Assembly: GCA_016192915.1 (NCBI GenBank)
Contig: JACPTF010000002.1
Span: 131,530 to 195,529 of the forward strand
Source of the DNA: Candidatus Woesearchaeota archaeon
GTDB taxonomy: Archaea; Nanobdellota; Nanobdellia; Woesearchaeales; UBA10216
Direction: 5' to 3'
DNA length: 64,000 nt
Part shown: positions 27,753 through 37,550 of the stretch, in pieces
Position numbering within the stretch: position 1 is the first letter of the stretch
How the letters are laid out: each line of letters begins with the position of its first letter
Program-made: the position numbers and the translations under genes
Notes under the pieces: generated by a model
Database searches by the model: none
What the model was told of the DNA's origin: nothing
The model's input: the letters and a program-made list of their open reading frames with translations, nothing else

Positions 27753-27771
27753 TTATTTTAGCGGCGTTAAA

Positions 27772-28797
27772 TCAAGAAAGAAGGTGCTTCACAAGAATGC
27801 TTGTGCTCTTGGAAATCAGGTAATTGTACGTTAACTTGACGTCAATCTTCTTTACCGAGTCCTCTTCAGGAGTCGGCTGTATGCATGAGAACGTTCCTTC
27901 GCCGTTGCTGAGCCTTAAATACCCCGCATATTCGCCATTTACAACATCCAGCGGCCTGCCATCTGATAAGCCATTGCATGTAAGGCTGCCCAAACCGGTT
28001 TTAACAGCAACAAGAACCTGGTCCGTAGTTTTGAAGTCACCCCTCTCGCAAGCCGTCTTACCAGTTACAGAATCAAACTTAAAAACATTTCCAGTGCCAA
28101 CGCTTTTCACGTTAAATGTGAGCAAAACCTTGTTCTTGCCGGCAATGCTTTCCTTCACTGTTGTTACATGAACAGGCGCGCCTGAGTTAAACACCTGCTT
28201 CTGCGCAGCTATCTGGCACACGCCTGAAACGCTTTTAGTCAGGTCCTTTCGAATGCACATGTCTGCCTGTGCTTTTGTCTGGTAAGTGTAGCAGATATCT
28301 GCCTGCACCGGGAAAGGGTTATTGCCCTGAAGCTCCTTCTGGTAAGCCAACTGCTTAAACCAGACATCAGTAGTCCCGCCGGGTATCTTGTTGCCGTCAG
28401 GGTCCTTTTTAACCCCGTTCAAGTCTTCAGCTGGAGATACCCCTATTAGAGAAACGGCTGCATTATCGGTATTCTTTCTACTCTTAAGGAAATCACTCGC
28501 TGATAAGCCGCTAATTGTTACAGTAGCCCCAGCCTTCAATACATCGTACTCGCCAACATTCTCGAGGAGCACAACAATATCAAAAGGAAAGGTGGGGGTT
28601 ATTGCGCCTGCCGGATTCTTCTGGGCGTCTGTAACCTCTGGGGGTGGGGAATTCTCTGCAAACTTCGCCGTCAAGCCCTCAGCCCCCCCAATAAAGGGGG
28701 TGGAGGAGGAAGAAGTTACGCCCTTATCACCACCCTTGCAGCCGGCAATAACTAACGCAAAAGCCATAAGGAGAACTAAAACGACACCCTTTTTCAT
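27772..28797 (-). CDS. Secreted lipoprotein-like beta-rich surface protein
   Basis: MKKG + hydrophobic + IAGC lipobox; CYTYQT...MCI and GAPVHVT motifs shared with 30416-31408. Confidence 0.75.
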   Translation of the reverse strand: MKKGVVLVLLMAFALVIAGCKGGDKGVTSSSSTPFIGGAEGLTAKFAENSPPPEVTDAQKNPAGAITPTFPFDIVVLLENVGEYDVLKAGATVTISGLSASDFLKSRKNTDNAAVSLIGVSPAEDLNGVKKDPDGNKIPGGTTDVWFKQLAYQKELQGNNPFPVQADICYTYQTKAQADMCIRKDLTKSVSGVCQIAAQKQVFNSGAPVHVTTVKESIAGKNKVLLTFNVKSVGTGNVFKFDSVTGKTACERGDFKTTDQVLVAVKTGLGSLTCNGLSDGRPLDVVNGEYAGYLRLSNGEGTFSCIQPTPEEDSVKKIDVKLTYNYLISKSTSILVKHLLS

Positions 28798-28878
28798 TTT
28801 TGAGTGAATCTGAAAAATGTCGTATTTAAATGTTTCCATCAAAAGATTTATAAGTTGTTTATACGAAGTCAGCAAGAA

Positions 28879-30429
28879 ATGAAAAAAAGAGTGTTGCAAC
28901 TGTTAGCTGTGGCAGTTTTGGTCCTTTCGCTTGCAGCAGTTGACTCCATTACCAGTTCTCTCAATGGGCAATTGCAAGTCAAATCATCCCCTGCTTTAAT
29001 GGCAACTTCTGGGCTTGTTGGGCTTTCGGCCATCACAGGGGCAGTAGTTGGAACAGATTCACCGAAATGCGAGCAAAAAGCGCCCTGTGCATACCCGTCA
29101 GGCTGGAAGTGCATGTCAAACAGCAAATGCTACGACTACAGCGACTGCTTGGTTAGGTGCCCTTCGTCTTCACAGCCTGAACAGCCGACCCTGCAGGAAT
29201 GCATTTGTGGTGACTGGCAAACAAGCGGAGGTTGCGGGGGGGGAGGGTGCCCATCAAACAAAGTCCCTCAGTCTAAGAGCTGCACCGGAGGATCGACCTG
29301 CAAAACAGAGAGCAGGTGTTTAGAGTCAGCACAATGCACCAGCTTAACACCGGGCGAGGGCCAAGGCCAAACACCTGAGGGTGTCAAAGAAGGAGTAAAC
29401 CTCGTGCCTGAGCTGGAAATAAGCCCCAGCGAGGGGCTGAAAAGCGGCGACACGATGGAAGTGACGTTTTACATTAAAAACCTCGGCTCCAAAGCCGCAA
29501 CGCAGTACGACATGAAGGAGAAGGGGACGACAACCCTAATCAACATCATTTACTTCTACAAGGAAAAGGAGTACGGCCCAGATGTCATACAGCCGATACA
29601 CGCCCCTGTAAGCATCCTGCTGCTTCAAGGCAGCGCAATAAAGCCAGGAGAAGCCGGGAAGGTGCAGCTGGCAAAGCAGACAGTAAAAATACCGGATGAT
29701 TTCTCAGGGGACCTGGTCATTGCAGCAGTTGTTGACGCCCAATTCTCCTACCCGGAAACGAACGAAAACGACAACCGGCCAACGAGGACTTTAAGCGTAA
29801 GGCCTCTGGTGAAGCCAAACCTTGCAATAACAGGCTTTGAAACAAGCATCAGAAGCTTTGACGTGTTGCCAGTAGCAATCGGCCCGGTCTTCATAACCGT
29901 TGAGAACAGGGGAGAACTGCTGGCAGCATCAACACAGCCTATTCAGAACAAGGTCTCAATATTCAAGGGTGACACAGAGATCTGCAGGGCAACTGCAAAG
30001 GAGTCGATGGTTGAAGGCATAGTGCCTGGAAAACAGCGGAAGTTCGCCCTAGACCCGAGGTTTATAACCGAAAGCATGGCCGGAAACCAGTGCAGCGTTG
30101 ACGGCGCAGATGCAAACTACCGCGCTGTTGTGGAGATAGATACGCCGCAGCTTGACGCGCAAGGTGATGTCCTGCAAGGAGGGGTTATTGCAGAGTCAAG
30201 CGAGAACGACAACAAGCAACCGTTCGCCATAAAGGCAAGGGAGAAATGCTCCCCACTCGGCAAAATCGAAGCCGTCACATACTGCGACATAGCAACGGGA
30301 ACATGGCTTGCACAGAAAACCCCAGGCCAGCAATGCAGCCACAACTTTGAATGCAATCTGGAGCTGTGCGTTAAGGGCAAGTGTGTTACTCAGGAGCAGA
30401 AAGGCAGGATTCTTGCTATTGTTGGATGA
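28879..30429 (+). CDS. Secreted Cys-rich protein with CARDB/Ig-like domains
   Basis: Signal peptide, Cys-rich termini, two E-x-x-E-N-D-N CARDB end motifs. Confidence 0.75.
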   Translation: MKKRVLQLLAVAVLVLSLAAVDSITSSLNGQLQVKSSPALMATSGLVGLSAITGAVVGTDSPKCEQKAPCAYPSGWKCMSNSKCYDYSDCLVRCPSSSQPEQPTLQECICGDWQTSGGCGGGGCPSNKVPQSKSCTGGSTCKTESRCLESAQCTSLTPGEGQGQTPEGVKEGVNLVPELEISPSEGLKSGDTMEVTFYIKNLGSKAATQYDMKEKGTTTLINIIYFYKEKEYGPDVIQPIHAPVSILLLQGSAIKPGEAGKVQLAKQTVKIPDDFSGDLVIAAVVDAQFSYPETNENDNRPTRTLSVRPLVKPNLAITGFETSIRSFDVLPVAIGPVFITVENRGELLAASTQPIQNKVSIFKGDTEICRATAKESMVEGIVPGKQRKFALDPRFITESMAGNQCSVDGADANYRAVVEIDTPQLDAQGDVLQGGVIAESSENDNKQPFAIKAREKCSPLGKIEAVTYCDIATGTWLAQKTPGQQCSHNFECNLELCVKGKCVTQEQKGRILAIVG

Positions 30430-31408
30430 CTCCTTTCTCAACGCTTACATGAACTGGCGCGCCGGTTGACTTGTAGCCGTAGCTGAGCCCAATGCTTAAG
30501 GGCGTGGCAAACACGCCAAGGTCCTTGCTAAGGTCAATGCCGTTGTATTCGCAAAAGATGTAATCATCAGCAGATGTTCCTGTAATTGTTTTCTCGGCTT
30601 CTGTGCACTTGAGATTTTCGCCTTTGAGCCCGGCATTATCAACGCTTACAATACTCTTTTCCTTAACAGCATTGCTTTGGTCGTCTGTGCAGGCCGTGGC
30701 TATGCCTCTTTTATCAACAATCCTTCCCTTGCCAACGTTCGTTATGAAAATCTTAAACTTGGGAACAACATAGCCCTCGCCGCTTGCCTGCCTCGGCTCT
30801 ATTCTTGTTATTGCCACAGGTGCGCCCTGGCTTTTGAACACCAAAGGCTTTTCAGCATCGCACGGCTTTCTTACCTTCTGGAAGCTTGGGGTGCCAAGGG
30901 TCGTGTCAATGCAAACATTAGCTGTCAGTTTTGTCTTGTAAGGATAACAAACAGTAGCAAGAAGGTTTGTTTCTGCGCCCTTCCCTCCAAGGTTCTTGGC
31001 AGTGGCCTTAACCTTTATGGAGTCAAAATAACCTGCAGGGTTTGTTTCCCTGCCAGGAAGGGTTGTAATTTCACTATTGCCAGAGTCAATGACTGCGGGT
31101 TCAAACTTAAACGCAGCCCTGTCGTCCCTTGCTAAAATTGTGAGAGCCTTCGGGTCAACCCCGGCAGCGCCCTTATTGGAAACAATAAGCAAGGCGTAAT
31201 GAACGCTGCCCTCTGTTGTTGCCTTTGGAATACTATCAGGGGCAAACTGCGCATCAACGCCTTCTGTCCCAACATAAATTTCTGGTAAGTTAATTCCTTT
31301 GTTGGTTTTGGTCCCCAGCTGCCCGCAGCCAGAGACTAGTAGAACTGCCAAAATTGCCATCACAGGCAAAAACCTGGCAATCTTAAAGTGTTTTTTAAAA
31401 AGTGGCAT
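30416..31408 (-). CDS. Secreted lipoprotein-like surface protein, paralog of 27772-28797
   Basis: VSGC lipobox; CYPYKT...VCID, GAPVAIT, LSYGY. Confidence 0.75.
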   Translation of the reverse strand: MPLFKKHFKIARFLPVMAILAVLLVSGCGQLGTKTNKGINLPEIYVGTEGVDAQFAPDSIPKATTEGSVHYALLIVSNKGAAGVDPKALTILARDDRAAFKFEPAVIDSGNSEITTLPGRETNPAGYFDSIKVKATAKNLGGKGAETNLLATVCYPYKTKLTANVCIDTTLGTPSFQKVRKPCDAEKPLVFKSQGAPVAITRIEPRQASGEGYVVPKFKIFITNVGKGRIVDKRGIATACTDDQSNAVKEKSIVSVDNAGLKGENLKCTEAEKTITGTSADDYIFCEYNGIDLSKDLGVFATPLSIGLSYGYKSTGAPVHVSVEKGVIQQ

Positions 31409-31463
31409 TTTGTTAGTTTTCTATTTTTTGGCTTATTTATGTTTATGTTGCTGGTTTTTGGGG

Positions 31464-33533
31464 TTACGGTGGAAGAGGATTGCCGCAACAAACCACCTGC
31501 GGCCCTGCGGCAGTACTTGATGTGCATTGAGTCTGTCCTGATGGGCAGGATGCCCCGCAGGAAGATGCAACACAGGAGGTAAGGCCTGATGCGCAAGCTG
31601 GCGGATTAGTACAGGCAGGCGAGCCTGTCACCGTGAATGTTATGCCTTCCTTCTTCACAGCAAATATGAAAACGCCCTCTACATCGAACCTGGCTGGAGC
31701 CCAGTCAGCGCCGTGCAACGCATCAGCTTTCACAATTAGCCCGCAGTCAAAACGCTTGCCTTCCCCAATGAACTTGCCAACCCAGTCACTTTTTACGCGA
31801 TACTTATTAGGAACCTCAGTTACAGCTTCAAACGCGCACGGCTTGCCCTTGCTTGTGTCAAGTGCAACACCATCTGGCACCGTAAGATAAAGTTTTTCTA
31901 TGCCATCTATCTCCCCTTCCCAACCAGTGTTTCTGGCGACGTAAATTTGTATGGCAAGATTGCTTTGCCCTGTGCTGAAATCAACCGGTGCAGGAGATGT
32001 CACTAGCCCAATCGGGCCCCATGTTAATGTTACAGGCACATTGCTGTACTCTGCTTTCTCTATTGGGGTGTGTTCCACAACAGCAGGGTCTTTTCCTTCC
32101 CTCCTGAGGTTCCTAAGCTCTGCAGCCTTCATGAAAGAAGTGCTCAGGTAAGAATCGGCTTCCACCCTGTACTTGACTTTTGCCTCGATTGTGTAGCTCT
32201 TGCTTTCCCAGCATGACACATCTCCAGCTACATTGCTGCATTGCGAGCATGTAATCGTTGTGCCGCCCCTGCCGCCAGTATAGTAAACCTCAAGAGGCAC
32301 TCCAGCATTAAACTCATCAACTGCTTTTTGAAGCTTGACTTGTTTGTCAGTTCCGGTTTTATCATTGCACTCAATCCCTATTACTTCAAGATACTTCTTC
32401 TTGAAATCAGGAGGGAAAGGGCTCGGAACTTTTATGAGGAAGCTGGGAGCTGGCTCGCGAACACTCTTGTCAAATTCGGTTGGCATTGTCGGGTCATTAA
32501 AAAGCTGCAGCCCAACTTTCGGCTCCTCTTTGGCAGTGCCGAAGCCGAAGGTTTCCTCAGCTTTCTCGTAGGCATAGGCAATCGAAGGGTTGACAAACTT
32601 AAGAGTAAAGAAGTTAAAAAAGTTTCTTAAGGAAGTAGTTAGGACATTACCGGCTTGCTGGCCCTCGTCAGAAGTTAGCGGTGTAGCGCCTTCTCTATAC
32701 TGCTTTATGGTATCGGCAAGGATGGGTGTTGCGGCTGCAAATAAGTAGATGAAAAAGACAATCCCGAAAAGCCTTCCAGCCACTATAGGGCTTTCTTTCT
32801 TCATGTACATTAGGCCGTATAATAGCATGATGGGGTTAAGCAGCCTGTTCATCAAATAGCTGACGCCCTTTAAAACTACGCCTGCATTTTCAGCATACTG
32901 GAGCAGCGGCACCCTGAAAACATTCAGGACAAGCACGTCGATTGCTGCAATGAACGGTATCCCCTTAAGCGGCATCGGAACGTTGCTTTTCAAATACATG
33001 ACCAAAGCAAAGGCAAGCAGCACAGCTCCACCCGTGGCTCGCCAAACAAACGCTGGGCCCTGCAGAGTGACTTGCCATATGGCAAGGAAGATAATTGTCA
33101 CCCAAATATAATTCCATCTGCTTATGTTTTCGTTTCTCTCAGCTATGAGGATAAAGGCGACCATGGCGAAAATCAGGTGTTCGGCAAGTGCTATGCCTGG
33201 GTTAAAGCCATGGATAAAATCTGCAAAATACATCACAGCCGCTATTTTTATGAACAAGTCGTACTCGTTATTATTGGCAATAATTGTGTCCCAGAAAAAG
33301 CTAAATATCTTGCCAGGGATTGCCGAGAGCCTGAAGCCAACGCCGAGACCTAATCCTTGCACAGCGCCCCCAACAGCAGGTGCCGCAGCTTTCAGAGCAG
33401 TCTTAGCAGCAGCAAGCTTACCGCCTGTTGCAACCTCAGCTGCCGCCTCGGCAACCTTTGCCGGATCGATGGGTGGCGCCTTGCCGAGGCTCATACCCTG
33501 GCCAATCCTGCCTATCATACCTCCTAAAGCCAC
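31464..33533 (-). CDS. Polytopic membrane protein with large extracellular domain and Cys-rich tail
   Basis: Several TM segments in the N-terminal half; beta-rich C-terminal half; terminal C/S/T/P-rich stretch. Confidence 0.75.
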   Translation of the reverse strand: MALGGMIGRIGQGMSLGKAPPIDPAKVAEAAAEVATGGKLAAAKTALKAAAPAVGGAVQGLGLGVGFRLSAIPGKIFSFFWDTIIANNNEYDLFIKIAAVMYFADFIHGFNPGIALAEHLIFAMVAFILIAERNENISRWNYIWVTIIFLAIWQVTLQGPAFVWRATGGAVLLAFALVMYLKSNVPMPLKGIPFIAAIDVLVLNVFRVPLLQYAENAGVVLKGVSYLMNRLLNPIMLLYGLMYMKKESPIVAGRLFGIVFFIYLFAAATPILADTIKQYREGATPLTSDEGQQAGNVLTTSLRNFFNFFTLKFVNPSIAYAYEKAEETFGFGTAKEEPKVGLQLFNDPTMPTEFDKSVREPAPSFLIKVPSPFPPDFKKKYLEVIGIECNDKTGTDKQVKLQKAVDEFNAGVPLEVYYTGGRGGTTITCSQCSNVAGDVSCWESKSYTIEAKVKYRVEADSYLSTSFMKAAELRNLRREGKDPAVVEHTPIEKAEYSNVPVTLTWGPIGLVTSPAPVDFSTGQSNLAIQIYVARNTGWEGEIDGIEKLYLTVPDGVALDTSKGKPCAFEAVTEVPNKYRVKSDWVGKFIGEGKRFDCGLIVKADALHGADWAPARFDVEGVFIFAVKKEGITFTVTGSPACTNPPACASGLTSCVASSCGASCPSGQTQCTSSTAAGPQVVCCGNPLPP

Positions 33534-33586
33534 TCAATCACACCTCATTTTTAGCAATCACGCCGTTGCCATTGCCATGCGTGGTT

Positions 33587-34084
33587 TTAAACTTTTCCCC
33601 TATGCCAGATTTCTTCAGGATTTATCCTAACTATGTCCTTCAGTCTGTCAAAATCGGCATCTGTTGAAAGTATCTTTTTGCAATCGTAAACCTTCATTGT
33701 TTGGTAATGTATGCTGTCCCTTGGCAGAAGGCCTTTTTCCAAGTATTCTGGGATGACTGCAGCCAAATCGCCATCAGCGTCGGCAATTTCAAGGTTATTG
33801 AACGAGAATATCACTCCAAAAACCTCTTTAATTTTCGGGATGAATTCCAGCACAACTTCTGGGCTTTCCCTTATCTTTTCTTTCGGATGGATGGAATACT
33901 TCTTGTGGATGAGCTTCATTAAAATGATATAAGCCAACTCATCAAGGGTCAAGCAACTCGTGAGGCCGAGCTTTTTCCCTTTCTGCATATCATCAAAGGT
34001 TTTCTTTACTTTGTCAAACGATTTAGGTTCCTCAAAAAAGAAGGCGTAGAAAGCATTAGTATCAAGATAAATCATTTCTGCCAT
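33587..34084 (-). CDS. vapC: VapC-type PIN toxin
   Basis: IYLDTN, TLDE, LLPRDSIH, STDADFD. Confidence 0.9.
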   Translation of the reverse strand: MAEMIYLDTNAFYAFFFEEPKSFDKVKKTFDDMQKGKKLGLTSCLTLDELAYIILMKLIHKKYSIHPKEKIRESPEVVLEFIPKIKEVFGVIFSFNNLEIADADGDLAAVIPEYLEKGLLPRDSIHYQTMKVYDCKKILSTDADFDRLKDIVRINPEEIWHRGKV

Positions 34085-34314
34085 TGTGTTTTTTCATACT
34101 CCCAAATCAAGTCCTTGACCCTGGTAAACCCTCTATCTTTGCCGAGCATGCCAGCTTTTTCAACAGGGTTGGCAATCTTAGGCATTAAAACGATTTCATT
34201 GCCAGAAGCTTTAGCTATTAGTTCTGTGCCTTTCCTGATTTGGAGCGCTTCCCTGATGTCTGAAGGCAATGTTATTTGCCCTTTTTCCCTGACTTTCACA
34301 AGTGTTAATTTCAT
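34072..34314 (-). CDS. AbrB/MazE-type antitoxin
   Basis: KGQITLPSDIREALQIRKG; overlaps vapC; ACTTTTT/AAAAAGT palindrome upstream. Confidence 0.9.
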   Translation of the reverse strand: MKLTLVKVREKGQITLPSDIREALQIRKGTELIAKASGNEIVLMPKIANPVEKAGMLGKDRGFTRVKDLIWEYEKTQWQK

Positions 34315-34363
34315 TTTTCCTACTTTTTTAGAAAAAGTCTTACTAATATATAAATATTCCTAT

Positions 34364-35560
34364 TCAGCCGCACTCCTCAGCTTTCCTGCAGTCAAGCTTG
34401 AGCTTGAGCTCAACTATGTTGAGGGTAGTTTCAGGAACCAGCCTGATGTAGTTTGTCCCGGCAACCAGGAAGGAATCAATGTTCTTGGAGTAATTCGCGG
34501 ATTTGGTGTCAATTCTTGTTTTCTGGTTGTTAATCTCAAGATTCGCGACCTTCCTCTCCTTGTCATCAACAAACATTATGGCAAGCGTTGAGTTCACCGT
34601 GTTATTCTCAATCCTCCTGAAAGTGGAGCTGTTTATGCTGAAGAAGTACAGCGGGAAGATTGGCTCCTTCAGCTTGGTCCTCAGGAGCAGCCTGTCAAGC
34701 AGGTAAGTTCCCTTCTCGGCAACAAACCTGAACTCGTTCTTCCCGGGAACAATGTCTTTTGGGTCAATCTGCAGCTTCTCCGGGCTGCCGCAGTCAGGCA
34801 CCTTGGAAGCCAAAAGCTTGCCGTTAACATAAGCCAAGAACTTGCCTACATCCTTCACGTTGCAGTCAACAAAGTAGCTCAGGCTTGCTTCAGACAGCAA
34901 GTCTGCCTCCTCCTGCCCTATTATCACTGCCTGGACAGCTTCCTTGTTGTCAATCAGTTCAACAGTGCCGGTTATCTTGGCATCCCTCAAGTCATAGAAA
35001 TTCTTTGAAAAAGGCTTGTACCACGGCACAGGGTCTGTGGAAAACTCGAACAGGTTTTCCTCTCTGAGATTAATGCTTAACGGCTCGGTAAAGCTGTCAA
35101 CCTCCCCCTCGAAAATCTCGTTATCATTTTGGGTTATTATAAGGTTTCCGCTATGGCTGGCCACACTGAAGCTGAGCTTTGCATTCTCAACCTTGTCCTT
35201 GACAGTCAAAATAACAGACCTTCTCTTATCAGAACTCCTTGCAGCTTCAACGTAAATAGAGTCAACGCTTTTCAAAACCGTATCCTCCTTCTTCGTAAAA
35301 AGGTTGAACGAAGGGAGCTTATGGTCAAATTCTGTTTCCTTAACCTTGGTAAGGGTGCCCGGCGATTCATCAAGCAAAACAGAGCCTCGAACAGCAGCAA
35401 GCACAGAAGACCCGCTGCCGGATGTGTCCTGTTCAAGAATTCTGTCTCGCTCGCTCTTGGGCAGGAACAGGATGTAAAGCAGGATAAAAGCACCAATCAC
35501 GAATACAAGAACAGCAGCATTGCCTCCTGATGGCTGCCCCTTTTTACTAAAATGCCTCAT
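34364..35560 (-). CDS. Secreted protein with class III (pilin-type) signal peptide
   Basis: MRHFSKKG-QP followed by a hydrophobic helix; beta-rich body; TATA at 35583-35590. Confidence 0.75.
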   Translation of the reverse strand: MRHFSKKGQPSGGNAAVLVFVIGAFILLYILFLPKSERDRILEQDTSGSGSSVLAAVRGSVLLDESPGTLTKVKETEFDHKLPSFNLFTKKEDTVLKSVDSIYVEAARSSDKRRSVILTVKDKVENAKLSFSVASHSGNLIITQNDNEIFEGEVDSFTEPLSINLREENLFEFSTDPVPWYKPFSKNFYDLRDAKITGTVELIDNKEAVQAVIIGQEEADLLSEASLSYFVDCNVKDVGKFLAYVNGKLLASKVPDCGSPEKLQIDPKDIVPGKNEFRFVAEKGTYLLDRLLLRTKLKEPIFPLYFFSINSSTFRRIENNTVNSTLAIMFVDDKERKVANLEINNQKTRIDTKSANYSKNIDSFLVAGTNYIRLVPETTLNIVELKLKLDCRKAEECG

Positions 35561-35645
35561 GCACTCTTCCTCAGTAGTTAGATATATAAATGTTTTTCCA
35601 TGCACAACACGTATTTGCCGGTTTTGGCAACCGCGTTGGCTGTTT

Positions 35646-35805
35646 TAGCTGCCATCGCAGCTATTGCAAATCGGGCATTGCCCGATTGCACACAGCATCG
35701 GCAAAGCCGATGCGCATAGTCGAGCTGATAGCTCGACTAGCTCAAACTATGAGTTTGAGCATAGGCAGCGTAACTGCCTATGTTCCGCTCATCGCGGAAT
35801 TGTGC
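35646..35805. repeat. Expanded Family A element: seven adjacent hairpins upstream of pelota
   Basis: Hairpins 35646-63, 35665-90, 35695-713, 35717-39, 35740-60, 35760-82, 35783-805; same ends as the polC and sufS copies. Confidence 0.88.
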
Positions 35806-35823
35806 CGAAACAGGATTGCCCAA

Positions 35824-36846
35824 ATGAAAATACTGAAAAAGGATTTGAAGCAGGGAAAGGTGGTTGTTCAGGCACAAAGCCTTGACGACCTCTGGTGCCT
35901 TAGCCAGGTTGTGCTTAAAGGGGACACCGTAAGTGGCAAAACAACGCGCAAGGTAAGGCTTGGCTCGGCAGAGGAAGCAGTGAAAAAGACCTACACGCTC
36001 TCCCTTGCCGTTGAGGATTCTGAATTCAGGGACCAGTGCCTGAGGATAAGGGGCGCAACAACAGAGCAGCACGAAGACATACCAAAGGGGGCGCACCACA
36101 CTATAACGGCAGAGCCTGGTGAAGTCCTGGCAATAATCAAGGCGCGCTGGCAGAAATACCAGCTGGACAGGCTCCAGCAGGCAACTCAGGAGCAGCTAAA
36201 AGCACTCATCGTTGTGTTCGACAGGGAAAACTGCCTCCTCGCACAGCTCAAAAGCAGGGGTTACGAAGTAGTGGCAGAGCTGAAAGGAAAAGTCAGGAAA
36301 AAGGACTATGCGGCCACAACAGTCACCAATTTTTACAAAGAAATCATCACCGCCATAAAGGAGTACGATGAGAGGAATAATCCTGACAAAATAATACTGG
36401 CAAGCCCGGCATTCTGGAAAGAAGAACTCGCCAACGAACTGAAGAATGACCCCCTCAGCAAAAAAGTTGCCATCGCAACTTGCAGCAGCGTAAGCGAAAA
36501 CGCCATTGACGAAGTGCTGAAAAGGCCCGAAATGGGCACCGTTTTGGCTAATGCGATGGCAGCCAAAGAGCTGAGGCTCATTGATGAGTTAATGGCCGGG
36601 ATTGCAAAGGATGGGAAGGTCGCCTACGGGAAAAAAGAAGTCGGAGAAGCAATAGACGCTGCCGCAGCTGAAAAACTGCTTGTGACAGACGTCAAGGTAT
36701 ACAACAACCCTGAAACAGAAGCGCTGATGAAAAAGGTTGAAGACAGCGGAGGGAAAGTGTTTATAATAAACTCAGAAAACCAGGCTGGGCAGAAGCTGGA
36801 CGCGCTTGGCGGAATGGCGGCGTTGCTGAGGTATAAGCTCTTCTAA
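35824..36846 (+). CDS. pelA: Pelota ribosome rescue factor
   Basis: SLDDLWCL, TTRKV, GAHHT, VAYG, LDALGGMAALLRY; ATG at 35824. Confidence 0.93.
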   Translation: MKILKKDLKQGKVVVQAQSLDDLWCLSQVVLKGDTVSGKTTRKVRLGSAEEAVKKTYTLSLAVEDSEFRDQCLRIRGATTEQHEDIPKGAHHTITAEPGEVLAIIKARWQKYQLDRLQQATQEQLKALIVVFDRENCLLAQLKSRGYEVVAELKGKVRKKDYAATTVTNFYKEIITAIKEYDERNNPDKIILASPAFWKEELANELKNDPLSKKVAIATCSSVSENAIDEVLKRPEMGTVLANAMAAKELRLIDELMAGIAKDGKVAYGKKEVGEAIDAAAAEKLLVTDVKVYNNPETEALMKKVEDSGGKVFIINSENQAGQKLDALGGMAALLRYKLF

Positions 36847-36938
36847 TTGCCTGCAACACTCAATAATGCTGACTAATGGGGTTATTTGCACAACCTTCCA
36901 CAAAATTTATATATAAGATATCATATCTAAGATATGAA

Positions 36939-37178
36939 ATGCCACTAGCACACGTAACCAGGACAGGCAATATCTCATTACCAAAAGAGTGGCGCGAGGC
37001 ACTCGGCATAGAACCCAATTCCAGCGTGGTTATTCATAGGTCTGAGCACAAGATAACCATTGAGCCACTAAGAAAAGAAAGGTTTCAGACTATCTTGAAA
37101 GGGCTTGATGAGGAAATATCAAGAAAGAAGATATCTTTCTCAAAGGAGGAAGCACTGAAAGATGACTTCTACGACTAA
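36939..37178 (+). CDS. AbrB/MazE-type antitoxin
   Basis: VTRTGNISLPKEWREALGI; AGATAT-C-ATATCT palindrome between TATA and start. Confidence 0.85.
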   Translation: MPLAHVTRTGNISLPKEWREALGIEPNSSVVIHRSEHKITIEPLRKERFQTILKGLDEEISRKKISFSKEEALKDDFYD

Positions 37179-37536
37179 ATTCATTGATGCCAACATATTC
37201 ATACTAAGATGGAGCAACCCCAAAGTAAAGGAATTCATTGATTCACTAAACAGGGAAGAGCATTGCACATCTGTTTTGGTCTTAGCCGAGGTTTACCATA
37301 AGCTAAAGCAAAAAAAGGTGGAAAACGTCTTCAATTACATAAGGGGGATTCTGGGGACCATAAAAATCCACGACTTTACGCAGGATGAACTATTCGAGGC
37401 AATCAAGAGCCCTCTGGAAATAAATATAAACGACAAGATACACCTGGCAGTAATGAAAAACAATAGCATCAATACCGTCATTTCCTTTGACAAGGATTTT
37501 GACAAGGATAAAACAATCAAGAGAGAAGAGCTATAG
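37162..37536 (+). CDS. vapC: VapC-type PIN toxin
   Basis: FIDANIF, VLAEV, NDKIHLA, SFDKDFD. Confidence 0.88.
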   Translation: MTSTTKFIDANIFILRWSNPKVKEFIDSLNREEHCTSVLVLAEVYHKLKQKKVENVFNYIRGILGTIKIHDFTQDELFEAIKSPLEININDKIHLAVMKNNSINTVISFDKDFDKDKTIKREEL

Positions 37537-37550
37537 GGAACTGCTGTTTT

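Noticed and set aside
35590-35823. 78-aa N-terminal extension of pelota in the ORF track
   Set aside because: It is largely translation through the hairpin array; the family-typical start MKIL is at 35824.
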